Below are positions 29,190 through 38,643 of a stretch of 46,123 nucleotides of DNA, piece after piece; position 1 is the stretch's first letter; each line of letters starts with the position of its first letter. A program made the translations under genes and the position numbers. The notes under the pieces were generated by a model. That model was not told where the DNA came from. It saw only the letters and a list, made by a program, of their open reading frames with translations, and did no database searches. Origin of the DNA: Acidimicrobiia bacterium (GTDB lineage: Bacteria; Actinomycetota; Acidimicrobiia; IMCC26256; JAENVU01). The stretch covers positions 1 through 46,123 of the forward strand of contig SHUZ01000002.1 of NCBI GenBank assembly GCA_009694415.1. The letters are read 5' to 3'.

Positions 29190-29887
29190 TGGCGTTGAGA
29201 CTCGATCCATCTCGTGAGATTCGGGCCACTTTCAAAACTTGTAATGAGTGCGTACCGCGGTGCGGAGCCTGGGTGCACAACTACATGCCAGAGGCGCTGG
29301 GTGTCTACGACCACCCGAGCGCCTTTGCCGAGAGGGATACGCGACTCAGTAGTTGGGTCTGGCAATCCATCAGGTCCGGACTCCATGAGCAACATGTAAC
29401 TGTCCGGGTTGTCCGTTAGTTCAAACCATGAACGCACCACCCATCCTTGATCGGGAGGATTGAAGCGGTTGTTGTCGTCGCGATGGAACGATCGCATCGC
29501 CGTCTCATGGTCTTGCGGTTCCAATTTGATTATACGGACGCGCCCGAAGTTGGCGCCGATGCTTTCGACGTACGTACGAAGCGTTGGGCACTTATCTGCA
29601 TTGGTCGTGAAGCGAGCGTCCTTGTCTGGGCGCTCGTCGCCGTCGTTCCAGAATCCGCGACAATCGAGTTCTCCATCAGCCGTCGCGATTGGAGCGAAGT
29701 TGGTGTCTCCGCCGCTTTTCCAGTCCATGTACTCAAGTGACAGGAACTCTGAGTCCGGCACTTCGAATGGCGCGTTGGACAGTTGCAACCAACCGTGCCC
29801 TGCGAGAGCGGCTACGCGTGGGTGCGGCGTGTCGAGAGGGATCTCGACTGACCAGTGTTCTGCAGTTGGCCAGAAAGCGGTTGCCAT
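29186..29887 (-). CDS. Hypothetical protein, putative Fe(II)/2-oxoglutarate oxygenase (AspH-like cupin)
   Basis: CPTL...GRVRIIKLEP...HRD...WHVV...RYALI gives an HxD...H triad plus a distal Arg; TAGACT -10 7 nt before ATG. Confidence 0.6.
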   Translation of the reverse strand: MATAFWPTAEHWSVEIPLDTPHPRVAALAGHGWLQLSNAPFEVPDSEFLSLEYMDWKSGGDTNFAPIATADGELDCRGFWNDGDERPDKDARFTTNADKCPTLRTYVESIGANFGRVRIIKLEPQDHETAMRSFHRDDNNRFNPPDQGWVVRSWFELTDNPDSYMLLMESGPDGLPDPTTESRIPLGKGARVVVDTQRLWHVVVHPGSAPRYALITSFESGPNLTRWIESQRH

Positions 29888-29979
29888 GTGCGTAAGTCTA
29901 GAGAGGAAGAGGCTCGCAGAGTCGGAGCCGCGATCAACTCGCCTAATCCTTGTGACGAAAGTCCCAGGAACCCCGATGG

Positions 29980-31200
29980 TTAGATCGGCAGCCCACCGGT
30001 TGCGGCCTGTGTGCTCCCGCTGTCCTTGTAGGCCGCAATCGTGCGTTCCGCCGTGCGCATCATGTGGATCTCGTCAGCGCCATCGGCGAAGCGTGCCCAA
30101 CGGGCGTGTTGGAACATGTGGGCCAGGGGAGTGTCAGTCGAGTATCCGAGTGCACCATGCACCTGAATCGAGCGGTCGATGATGCGGTTCAACGCATTGG
30201 CTACGAAGTGCTTGGTCATCGAGACCTCTGACTTGAAATCTTCCTTGCGGTCAATCTTGTACGCGGCGTGCAGGACCATGAGCTTGGCTTGATACAACTC
30301 GATTGCGGAGTCCGCGATCATCCACTGGATGCCTTGCTTCTCCGCGAGCAGCGATCCATGTGAGTAACGGTTGAGAGAGCGGTCGACCATCATGTCGAGC
30401 GCCAATTCAGCCTGCGAGATCCATCGCATGCAATGCGCGAGACGGGCTGGGCCTAGCCGGTACTGGCCGAGCAGGTGACCTTGTCCGCGGCCACCGAGCA
30501 TCTGGCGGTCGTGGACGCGTAGATCGGTGATCACAATCTCGGAGTGACCTGTGCCGCCGTGCATCGTTTCGATTTCACGCACATCGTTCCAACCGTCGCT
30601 CGGTAGGTCAATTATGAAAGCGCTATTGGCCGCCTGTTTGATCTCGGGCTGGTCTTCAGTACGACATAGGAGGATCGCAAAACTTGAACTGCGAGCCTGG
30701 CTGATGAACCACTTGTGCCCATTGATTACCCACTCGTCGCCGTCTTGGTACGCGTTGGTGCGGATGAGAGTTGGGTCCGAGCCCGCCACCTCTGGCTCGG
30801 TCATGGCGAAACAAGAACGCGCAGTGCCCTCGCACAACGGTTTCAGGTACTTCTGCTTCTGCTCCTCGGTTGCCCAATGAAGAAGCGTGTGCATGTTGCC
30901 TTCGTCGGGCGCTTGCGCGTTGATCGCGAAAGGTCCGAAGCGCGCCTTGGCCGCCTCGGCTTGCACCATCGCTAGCTCGACATGCCCGAGCCCCATACCG
31001 CCCCACTCCTCTGGCATGTGCGGCAGCCACACGCCTTGGCGCTGTGCCTCTGTGCGCATCTTGATGATGCCGTCGATGAGTTGCTTGCGATCGCTTTCAT
31101 CCATCGCATCTTCGATGGGTTTGACGATGGTCTCGATGAAATCGCGCGTTTTCGTGCGGATCGCTTCGAGTTCAGGTGAAAGGGAAAAGTCAATGGCCAT
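29980..31200 (-). CDS. Acyl-CoA dehydrogenase, LvaC / ACAD10-11 subfamily
   Basis: NAQAPDEGNM, RSCFAMTEPEVAGSD, RLGPARLAHCMRW, RFADGADEIH (Asp in place of the usual catalytic Glu). Confidence 0.88.
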   Translation of the reverse strand: MAIDFSLSPELEAIRTKTRDFIETIVKPIEDAMDESDRKQLIDGIIKMRTEAQRQGVWLPHMPEEWGGMGLGHVELAMVQAEAAKARFGPFAINAQAPDEGNMHTLLHWATEEQKQKYLKPLCEGTARSCFAMTEPEVAGSDPTLIRTNAYQDGDEWVINGHKWFISQARSSSFAILLCRTEDQPEIKQAANSAFIIDLPSDGWNDVREIETMHGGTGHSEIVITDLRVHDRQMLGGRGQGHLLGQYRLGPARLAHCMRWISQAELALDMMVDRSLNRYSHGSLLAEKQGIQWMIADSAIELYQAKLMVLHAAYKIDRKEDFKSEVSMTKHFVANALNRIIDRSIQVHGALGYSTDTPLAHMFQHARWARFADGADEIHMMRTAERTIAAYKDSGSTQAATGGLPI

Positions 31201-31278
31201 GGAGGCAGTATCTCGGTCGGTTGCCCGTCGATGCAAACGCAAGCGACCGATAACTATCAGCACTAACGTTTCCGGGCG

Positions 31279-32202
31279 ATGCCTGTCATCGAGATCGAGG
31301 GACTGACGAAGCAATACAGGCGACGCCGTGCGGTCACGCACGCTGTCGCTGGATTGAACTTGTCGGTTCCGGATGGCGGCGTCTATGGCTTCTTGGGACC
31401 TAACGGTTCGGGAAAGACAACGACCATCAGGTGTTTGCTCGGGCTGGCCAGGCCAACTTCTGGGCGGATCTCTGTTTTGGGTGCCGAGGTTGGTCGTGAC
31501 CTCTCTACGGTGATCTCCCGTATCGGCTCGATTGTCGAGACCCCGGCACTTTTCCCAGCGTTCTCAGGGAGACGCAATCTGGAACTTCTCGGTGCCATAG
31601 ACGGCATTGGTCCACGGGCGGTTGCAGCCGCCCTTGAGCGCGTTGGACTGGAGAGCCGCGGTGAAGATCGCGTACGCACATATTCGCTCGGCATGCGACA
31701 ACGCCTGGGACTGGCAGCCGCTCTGCTCAAGGACCCGGAACTTTTGATTCTTGATGAACCTGTGAATGGCCTGGACCCAGGTGGTATCCGCGAGTTTCGC
31801 GAACTCATCAGGTCGTTGGGCGCAGAGGGCCGCACGGTTTTTGTTTCGAGCCACCTCTTGAGTGAAGTGCAGCTGATGTGCGATCGCGTGGCGATCTTGG
31901 CCCGCGGTGCACTCATTACAGAAGGGTCCGTCGCTGAGGTTCTAGCTCTGGGTCATACCGCCGGATTGGTAGTTCGAGTGAGCAAACCGGATCGCGCCGT
32001 TGAGATATTGGCGCAGGCAGGCATCGCGGCTAGCCACGATGGCGAGATCGTGCGCGTCCAACTGGGTGCCGACGAGGCTGCGCGCGTAACAGAGGTGCTC
32101 GCCAGCGGTGGATTGTTTCTCAGCGAATTACGTGCAGATGAAGTGGACCTCGAGACTGTGTTCGTCGAGCTCACCGAGGGCAGAACGGTTGAAGGCTCAT
32201 GA
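31279..32202 (+). CDS. ABC exporter ATP-binding protein
   Basis: GPNGSGKTT, YSLGMRQRL, LILDEP, SSHLL. Confidence 0.93.
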   Translation: MPVIEIEGLTKQYRRRRAVTHAVAGLNLSVPDGGVYGFLGPNGSGKTTTIRCLLGLARPTSGRISVLGAEVGRDLSTVISRIGSIVETPALFPAFSGRRNLELLGAIDGIGPRAVAAALERVGLESRGEDRVRTYSLGMRQRLGLAAALLKDPELLILDEPVNGLDPGGIREFRELIRSLGAEGRTVFVSSHLLSEVQLMCDRVAILARGALITEGSVAEVLALGHTAGLVVRVSKPDRAVEILAQAGIAASHDGEIVRVQLGADEAARVTEVLASGGLFLSELRADEVDLETVFVELTEGRTVEGS

Positions 32203-33026
32203 TCGGCCTCGTTCGCGTCGAGTGGCGTCGCCTCACTGCGCGCCGCTTGGTTCGCGTCTGCGCGATCGCGGCCATCGCGCTCATATTTTTCGTTGTTGTG
32301 CTGACCGCCCTCAACAGCCAGAAAATTCAGTCAGACGGTTCGTTCGTGATGCGGACTACATCGCTATGGCTCACCGAGGCTCAAGCGGAGACGAGTGGGA
32401 ACGCGCAGGACAACGCAGTAATTGCTGTGACCTCGTTGTCGTTCTTGATCGTTGCCGTAATCGGTGCGAGTGCAATCGGTGCGGAGTACCGGGCAGGGAC
32501 CGTGACAACGGTGCTCGGGTGGGAGCCGCGAAGAGTGCGGTTACTCGCGGCCCGCCTCATTGCTGTTGCCTTGGTGGCGGCTTCCTTCTATTTGATTGTT
32601 CACGTCGTCTTTTGCGCGGCGTGGACCATTGGATCGGTAGTCAGCGGCAATCCGGACGGCGCCAGTGGAGTCTTCTGGCGCGATTTAGGTCTGGTGCTCG
32701 CTAGAGGTGCGGTTTTGGCGGCCGTGTTCGCTGTCATCAGCGCCGCCATAGCAACTCTTGGGCGAAATACGGCGGCAGCGTTGGGCGTGTGGGTCGGTTA
32801 CTGGATCTTGGTCGAGGGCATCGTGTTGGGGCTCAAGCCACAGTGGGTTAGATGGACGCTTTTCGTCAATATTGCCTCGGTCTTGGAGTGGAATCACCTG
32901 ATGATTGAGAGTCCTTCGGTGACGATTGCTGTAAGCCCCGGAGCAAGCGTGGTGAGGTTGACCGCTTACGTGGCGGTCTTCGTCGCCGTTTCGTTGGCGG
33001 TATTCCATCGGCGCGATGTGACCTAG
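32199..33026 (+). CDS. ABC-2 type permease
   Basis: Multiple TM segments, GAEYRAGT...EPRR, terminal RRDVT; ATGA overlap with the ATPase. Confidence 0.88.
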   Translation: MIGLVRVEWRRLTARRLVRVCAIAAIALIFFVVVLTALNSQKIQSDGSFVMRTTSLWLTEAQAETSGNAQDNAVIAVTSLSFLIVAVIGASAIGAEYRAGTVTTVLGWEPRRVRLLAARLIAVALVAASFYLIVHVVFCAAWTIGSVVSGNPDGASGVFWRDLGLVLARGAVLAAVFAVISAAIATLGRNTAAALGVWVGYWILVEGIVLGLKPQWVRWTLFVNIASVLEWNHLMIESPSVTIAVSPGASVVRLTAYVAVFVAVSLAVFHRRDVT

Positions 33027-33138
33027 ATCTGGTTCCTCGCTTCGACATTTCAGGTCCCGAACGGCCAGAATCTCGCCCGAAATCTCTGTGACGCGCCGGT
33101 TCTCTGGCGTGCCCCTACGAATTGGGAGACCTACGAAG

Positions 33139-33909
33139 ATGAACGTCGTTGTCTGCGTCAAGCAGATTCCCGACCCGGCCGTTCCGGGCGAGTTGAATGC
33201 CGATCACACGCTCAAGCGCGAGGGCAAACTCATTCTCGACGAGTCCGACAGTTACGGCGTCGAGATGGCGCTGCAGCTAGTTGAGGCGGCCGGTGGGGGA
33301 GAGGTCACGCTGATCTCGATGGCCCCCAACAAGGAAGTCTCTGGATTGCGCACCGCACTTGCGATGGGTGCAGCAAAGGCGGTGCTCGTTTCTGATGATG
33401 CGTTGCACGGAGCCGATGCGTTGACAACGGCCAAGGTAATTGCCAAGAGCGTGGAGCGTGTAGGCGGAGTCGACTTAGTCCTCGCCGCTACGGAGGCAAC
33501 CGATGGTTATACGGGGACGGTTCCGGCGCAGGTCGCCGCATTGCTCGATTGGCCAGCGCTTACGTTCGCCAAACACGTCGAGATCAGCGACGGCAAAGTA
33601 AAGATCCAACGTCAAACCGAAGCTGGCTATGACGATGTCGAAGCACCGCTTCCTGCCGTGGTGAGCGTGACGGCCGGTGTTGTTGAGCCTCGGTATCCAT
33701 CGTTCAAGGGAATCATGGCCGCGAAGGGCAAGCCTGTTGACGAGGTGACCGCAGCGGATCTCGGATTGTCCGGTGATGATCTGACCGCTCACCAGAAAAT
33801 CGTGTCGGTCGAAGCCGCTCCTGCACGCGAAGCCGGTGAAAAGTTCGACGACGACGGCACTGGTTTCGAAAAGATTGTTGCGTTTCTCGATGAGCTGAAG
33901 GTGATCTGA
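33139..33909 (+). CDS. etfB: Electron transfer flavoprotein beta subunit
   Basis: MNVVVCVKQIPD, ALAMGA, EPRYPSFKGIMAAK. Confidence 0.93.
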   Translation: MNVVVCVKQIPDPAVPGELNADHTLKREGKLILDESDSYGVEMALQLVEAAGGGEVTLISMAPNKEVSGLRTALAMGAAKAVLVSDDALHGADALTTAKVIAKSVERVGGVDLVLAATEATDGYTGTVPAQVAALLDWPALTFAKHVEISDGKVKIQRQTEAGYDDVEAPLPAVVSVTAGVVEPRYPSFKGIMAAKGKPVDEVTAADLGLSGDDLTAHQKIVSVEAAPAREAGEKFDDDGTGFEKIVAFLDELKVI

Positions 33910-34865
33910 TGAAGATCTGGGTATTTGCAGAGTCAGAGGGCGACAAGCCGACAACGGCCACACTCGAGTGCTGTACGAAGGCTCGCGAGTTCGGAACCGT
34001 CGAGTGCTTGTACGTCGGATCGGATGCCGATGTAATCGCTCCGCAGCTCGGCGCACACGGCGTTGCGAAGGTGTTCGCAGTAGATGCTGGTGACGGGTTG
34101 ACGGGCATTACTGGTGGCGCCGCAATTGCTGGTCTTGTTGAGGCAGAACAGCCAGACTTGATCATGTTTGTGCAGTCGGGCGACGGTCGCGACGCGATGG
34201 CAATAGTGAGCGCGCGATGCAATCGCACTGTGTTGACTAACGGTGTCGGCCTGGGTGTTGATGGCGATGCGGTGACCGTGAACGCCGCGATCTTCGGCGG
34301 TAATACGCTCGTGGCCACCGTGTTCGATGGCCCGAAGCCGTTTCTGGCAGGAATACGTCCGAAGTCTTTCGTTGCTGAGCCGGGCGGTGCGGGTGCGGCC
34401 GAGGTGGTTGCAGTTGGATCGGTAGAGACTGGTCGCGCTGGCGAAGCGAAGGTTCTTGAGCGTCACGTTGAAGAGCGCGAGGGGCCGAAGTTGGAAGAGG
34501 CCGCTGTTGTTGTCTCTGGCGGCCGCGGAATCGGCGCCGAGGAGAATTACAAGCCTTTGGTTGAGGAACTCGCCAACTTGCTCAACGGGGCGTCCGGCGC
34601 ATCGCGGGCAATCGTTGATGCTGGATGGGTTCCCTATTCCAAGCAGGTCGGACAGACCGGCAAGACAGTGAAGCCGAAGGTGTACATCGCTCTCGGTATT
34701 TCCGGTGCAACGCAACATATGGTCGGCATGAAGGGTTCAGACAACATCATCGCCGTGAACAAAGACGGCGAGGCGCCCATCTTCTCGATTGCAGACATCG
34801 GCATCGTTGGCGATGTGCACAAGGTCGTTCCTGCGTTGATTGAAGCCCTAAAGAACCGCAGTTAG
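33909..34865 (+). CDS. etfA: Electron transfer flavoprotein alpha subunit
   Basis: [43 protein letters not shown]. Confidence 0.94.
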   Translation: MKIWVFAESEGDKPTTATLECCTKAREFGTVECLYVGSDADVIAPQLGAHGVAKVFAVDAGDGLTGITGGAAIAGLVEAEQPDLIMFVQSGDGRDAMAIVSARCNRTVLTNGVGLGVDGDAVTVNAAIFGGNTLVATVFDGPKPFLAGIRPKSFVAEPGGAGAAEVVAVGSVETGRAGEAKVLERHVEEREGPKLEEAAVVVSGGRGIGAEENYKPLVEELANLLNGASGASRAIVDAGWVPYSKQVGQTGKTVKPKVYIALGISGATQHMVGMKGSDNIIAVNKDGEAPIFSIADIGIVGDVHKVVPALIEALKNRS

Positions 34866-34932
34866 GCGAGAACTAACTGCGGTTAGATCACCTGGTGCCC
34901 ACGCTTGGCAGTAGAAGGCTGTTTCCTTCGCG

Positions 34933-35403
34933 CTAAGACGCGAGTGTGGTTGGTGGGGTAGTCGACGTTGTAGATGTCGACGACGCGGTCGGTGTCGTCG
35001 TGGTCGTTGTGGTTGGTGGAGGCGTGAAGGTCGCGTCGGTGGACTCTGGCTTGCCGGGGCCCATAACCACTCGGATCGCCAGCATCGACCATCTGAAAGG
35101 GTCTACCCAGGTACACACGTATGTGCGATTACCCTCCGAATAGCAGCCGTGCAATTTCATGGCTTCGGCTTCGTACGTCGGTACCGCTGCGAGCCTGGCA
35201 GCGGTAAACGGCGTTGCGGTGGACAGAAGTGCTGCTTGGTCCCCGGACTTCCAGTTCTCATAGACGATCGTGGCCATTTCTTTCGGAGTGTCCGCTGTTC
35301 GCCCTGCCGTTGTGGAAGTCGACGGGGTAGATGCCCCTTGTCGGCCCGAACAACCCGTCACCAGTAGGGCAAGCAGAATGACGGCGGCAGGAAGGGTACG
35401 CAC
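34933..35403 (-). CDS. Lipoprotein of unknown function with Thr/Pro-rich tracts
   Basis: GTG start, signal RTLPAAVILLALLVTG-C (lipobox), two further Cys, tail PPPTTTTTTTPTASSTSTT. Confidence 0.7.
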   Translation of the reverse strand: MRTLPAAVILLALLVTGCSGRQGASTPSTSTTAGRTADTPKEMATIVYENWKSGDQAALLSTATPFTAARLAAVPTYEAEAMKLHGCYSEGNRTYVCTWVDPFRWSMLAIRVVMGPGKPESTDATFTPPPTTTTTTTPTASSTSTTSTTPPTTLAS

Positions 35404-35419
35404 CGTTACATTCTGCCAG

Positions 35420-36472
35420 ATGGGGGTAGGGTCGTTGTCGGTGCCCAGTTCAGTGCTCGTTGATCCCGAAAGACTTGCTGCGTGGCTCGATTCCTCCGGA
35501 ATCGCCGTCGGCGGAACACTGGTCGTCGAGAGGATCACGACGGGGCATTCAAACGAGGTGTTTCTGGTTGAACGCGCCGGTTTGCAGTTCGTCCTGCGGC
35601 GACCGCCCCGCACGCCGTTGTCGCCGACGGCTCATGACATGGCACGCGAATATCGCGTACTTACCGCGCTTGTCGAACGCGGGTCACGTGTTCCGGTACC
35701 CGCGCCAATTGCGCTCTGTACGGACGCGGAAGTTCTTGGCGCGCCTTTCTATCTGATGGACAAACTCGATGGTGTTGTCGTGCGCGAGGCGTTGCCACCA
35801 GAAATGGCACACGACGCAACCTCGGGCACGGAACTGGCCAACGCACTGATCGACCTTCTTGCAGGGATACACGACTTCGACTGGAAGATCGGTGGACTCG
35901 ACGGGTTCGGTCGTCCCGACGGATATCTGGACCGCCAAGTTCCGCGTTGGCTCGGGCAATTGGAGCGCTACAAGACGCGTTCAATTCCTGAAGTCGAAGA
36001 AGCTGCCGCATGGCTTGCCGCGCATACCCCAGCTATGCAAGAACCAACTCTTATTCACGGCGACTACAAACTCGACAATGTGATGTTCGCGCACGGCTTG
36101 CCCGTGGGGCCGCTCGCCGTTCTCGATTGGGAACAGGCAACGATCGGAGATCCACTCGTTGATCTCGGGTGGTTGCTTGGGCTCTGGCTTGACCCTGGAG
36201 AGACTGTGTCGCTATTCGGTGGCGCAAATCTTGCATTGCTTGGACATGATCCGGTACCGACGCGCCAAGATCTCGCGCAGCGATACGCGATGGTTACCGG
36301 TCGCGATTTGACGCACATCGACTTTTACTGCGTGCTCGGGCTCTTCAAGTTGGCATGTGTCATGGAGGGTTCATACTCACGGTTCAAGGCTGGAACAAGC
36401 GACGATGCGATGTTCGCTTTGCTGGAAGCCGGCGTCCCTGCTTTGGCACTTAGGGCGCTCGAGTTCACCTGA
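35420..36472 (+). CDS. APH-family phosphotransferase resembling the ACAD10/11 kinase domain
   Basis: GHSN, FVLRRPP, AHDMAREYRVL, GAPFYLM, HGDYKLDN, VLDWE..TIGDPLVDLG; TACATT -10 7 nt before ATG. Confidence 0.87.
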   Translation: MGVGSLSVPSSVLVDPERLAAWLDSSGIAVGGTLVVERITTGHSNEVFLVERAGLQFVLRRPPRTPLSPTAHDMAREYRVLTALVERGSRVPVPAPIALCTDAEVLGAPFYLMDKLDGVVVREALPPEMAHDATSGTELANALIDLLAGIHDFDWKIGGLDGFGRPDGYLDRQVPRWLGQLERYKTRSIPEVEEAAAWLAAHTPAMQEPTLIHGDYKLDNVMFAHGLPVGPLAVLDWEQATIGDPLVDLGWLLGLWLDPGETVSLFGGANLALLGHDPVPTRQDLAQRYAMVTGRDLTHIDFYCVLGLFKLACVMEGSYSRFKAGTSDDAMFALLEAGVPALALRALEFT

Positions 36473-36476
36473 TCGG

Positions 36477-37259
36477 TTAGAGATTTATGTCGACGATCAC
36501 TGGAGCGTGATCGCTCGGTTGAGTTCCCTTGCGCGCATTGCGATCTACGAGCGCCCAGGTCACGTGATTCGCGACTGATGCGGTTGCAAGGACGAGGTCG
36601 ATGCGCATGCCGCGGCCCTGGTGAAAGTCGCCGCGGCGGTAGTCCCAATAACTGTAGAGGTGGTCAATGTCCGGATAGATACGACGAAAAGCATCTTCCA
36701 GCCCCCACTCCTTCAACCTGGTAATCGCCGCACGTTCGGGAGTCGTCACATGCGTGCTGCCTTCGAAAGAGTCCATGGACCAGACATCTCGATCCTCGGG
36801 AGCGACGTTGAAGTCTCCGAGGATTACCAACTGGTCAGATGGAGTGCAGGTTGCCGCGATCCACTCACTCAGGCGATCGAACCATGCCAGTTTGCGGTCA
36901 TAAAATTCGCTCGGCACTTCACGTCCGTTCGGAACGTAAACGCTTACAACGCGGACACCGTTGCACGTGGCCGAAATTACGCGCGCATCACCCTCGTATG
37001 GGTCGATAAACGCATCGCCGAATCCGGAGGTCACGTCTTCTATGCCAACGCGCGACAGGATTGCGACTCCGTTCCACTGTCCCTGTCCGTGGTGAGCGCT
37101 CTCATAACCGAGGGCCGAGAAGGCCATTGCGGGGAATGCTTTGTCCGCGAGCTTCGTCTCTTGTATGCACAACACGTCGGGTTGGGCGTATGCGATCCAC
37201 TCCTCTACGCGCGGCAGTCGTGCCTTCAGGGAGTTCACATTCCAGGTAGCGATTCTCAT
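36477..37259 (-). CDS. xth: Exodeoxyribonuclease III / AP endonuclease
   Basis: MRIATWNVNS, QETK, YVPNG, GDFNVAP, SYWDYR, RID, SDHAPV. Confidence 0.94.
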   Translation of the reverse strand: MRIATWNVNSLKARLPRVEEWIAYAQPDVLCIQETKLADKAFPAMAFSALGYESAHHGQGQWNGVAILSRVGIEDVTSGFGDAFIDPYEGDARVISATCNGVRVVSVYVPNGREVPSEFYDRKLAWFDRLSEWIAATCTPSDQLVILGDFNVAPEDRDVWSMDSFEGSTHVTTPERAAITRLKEWGLEDAFRRIYPDIDHLYSYWDYRRGDFHQGRGMRIDLVLATASVANHVTWALVDRNARKGTQPSDHAPVIVDINL

Positions 37260-37639
37260 TGTTCGTCCCCTGCAAGGAGGTATTCGGGATTCGCAACTTC
37301 CAGTTTTGCGCGCACCGTCGCGCGGACGCATTTATGCACATCAGCTTGTCGTGTGTCCCAATCGCCCGCGCGTATGGCTTTTGCGAGTTCGATGGTTAAC
37401 TCACGAATGGTTCCTTCGTGCCCCAATAGTTGGACGAGTCGTTCGCTCTCTTGTGCGGTCTGAGTCGCGGCGAGGGTGAGTTCTCGTTCGACCATTCGGA
37501 GTACGTTGGCAGCCACGCGAGCGTGAAATGCCACCCGTCCTTCTGTGGAGGGCATGACATCTTGTTCGAGGTACTCGCGTACTGCGATCACCAATTCGGC
37601 AGCTGATGGTCGGTCGTGAAGAGTCTCTGGATCAGGCAT
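37256..37639 (-). CDS. Small helical LvaB-like (DUF6285-type) partner protein
   Basis: PSAAELV...LEQDVMP...ARVAANVL...RE...LAKAIRAG...KLEVANP.YL resembles my recollection of P. putida LvaB; overlaps the upstream kinase gene. Confidence 0.7.
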   Translation of the reverse strand: MPDPETLHDRPSAAELVIAVREYLEQDVMPSTEGRVAFHARVAANVLRMVERELTLAATQTAQESERLVQLLGHEGTIRELTIELAKAIRAGDWDTRQADVHKCVRATVRAKLEVANPEYLLAGDEQ

Positions 37640-38618
37640 CTAACAACTCCAATAGGTCCCATTCCATTTCGGCGACGCGCCTACCGAGTGCGGCTAGTTC
37701 TACAGACCGAACGAGTCCGTTCAGGTGAGTGAAGCCCTGTAACTCGCAGATCACGCCCCATTTCAAAGTACCGAACACCTCCCAATATCGGAGTCGTTCT
37801 TCATCGACTTCAGTTCCGGATGTGGCTGCGTAGGTGTCGAGAAGTTCTTTGGCCATTCCAAACCCGCCTACCGGGAGATTGGAGTTACCAAACCGCCATG
37901 ACTTCACGCATAGCCATCCGAGGTCTTCGATGGGGTCACCTAGGTGAGCGAGTTCCCAGTCGAGCACAGACCTGATTCCGTTTTCACCGACAATGAAATT
38001 GCCGTTGCGGAAGTCGCCGTGGACCAATTGCGGTTCCTTCGCGTTTGTAGGAGCACGTTCTTCCAGCCAACGCAACCCAAGTTCGAATGCGGGGTGGGGC
38101 TCGCCGAATCCGTCTAGAACCGCCCGATATTGATTGATCTGCGTGAGCGCATCTTGTACCGGCAGAGCGGGCAAGTCGTCGAGGCTCATAGCGTGTATTT
38201 GTGCAGCGATTTTACCGCATTGCGATGTGAGCAAGTCGCGAGCGCGTTCGTATTGATCATCTCGCAGGATCTTGCGCGGGATTGTTTCTCCTGCGATCCG
38301 TTCCATGACGAATCCCGCTCCCATGCCATCGGCTTCGGATAGCAAAAAACGCACCTCTGGTACAGGTACGCCGGCAGAATGCGCGGCGCGCAGCAGATGA
38401 AACTCGGTGGAGCGATCGGTGCCACCAATCGAAGATCCAGGATCTCGTCGCAAAACGAGTTCTTGTGGCGCTCCGTCGGCACCGATCGCATCGAATGACC
38501 ACGTCTCGCGGGAAGCTCCGCCAGACAGGCGCCGCAGGTTCGCGATGGTTGTGTCAGAACTGAAATGGCGGGTGCATGCCGCCGCAACGTGCTCTTCATC
38601 GATACGAATGCGGGGCAT
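37632..38618 (-). CDS. APH-family phosphotransferase, LvaA-like
   Basis: RLSGGASRETW, LVLRRD, ELGLRWL, HGDFRNGN, LDWE.AHLGDP.EDLGW....WRF, SVELAALGRR..E.E.DLL. Confidence 0.85.
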   Translation of the reverse strand: MPRIRIDEEHVAAACTRHFSSDTTIANLRRLSGGASRETWSFDAIGADGAPQELVLRRDPGSSIGGTDRSTEFHLLRAAHSAGVPVPEVRFLLSEADGMGAGFVMERIAGETIPRKILRDDQYERARDLLTSQCGKIAAQIHAMSLDDLPALPVQDALTQINQYRAVLDGFGEPHPAFELGLRWLEERAPTNAKEPQLVHGDFRNGNFIVGENGIRSVLDWELAHLGDPIEDLGWLCVKSWRFGNSNLPVGGFGMAKELLDTYAATSGTEVDEERLRYWEVFGTLKWGVICELQGFTHLNGLVRSVELAALGRRVAEMEWDLLELLDA

Positions 38619-38643
38619 GGCGATGCACCGTAGTCTGCAGCAG

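Noticed and set aside
33933-37463. Long antisense ORFs such as 33933-34718 and 36621-37463, and many similar ones elsewhere
   Set aside because: They lie opposite well-supported genes, carry no recognisable motifs, and are expected in high-GC DNA
35420-38618. APH phosphotransferases as aminoglycoside-resistance genes
   Set aside because: Motifs and lipid-catabolic context match the LvaA/ACAD10-11 subfamilies
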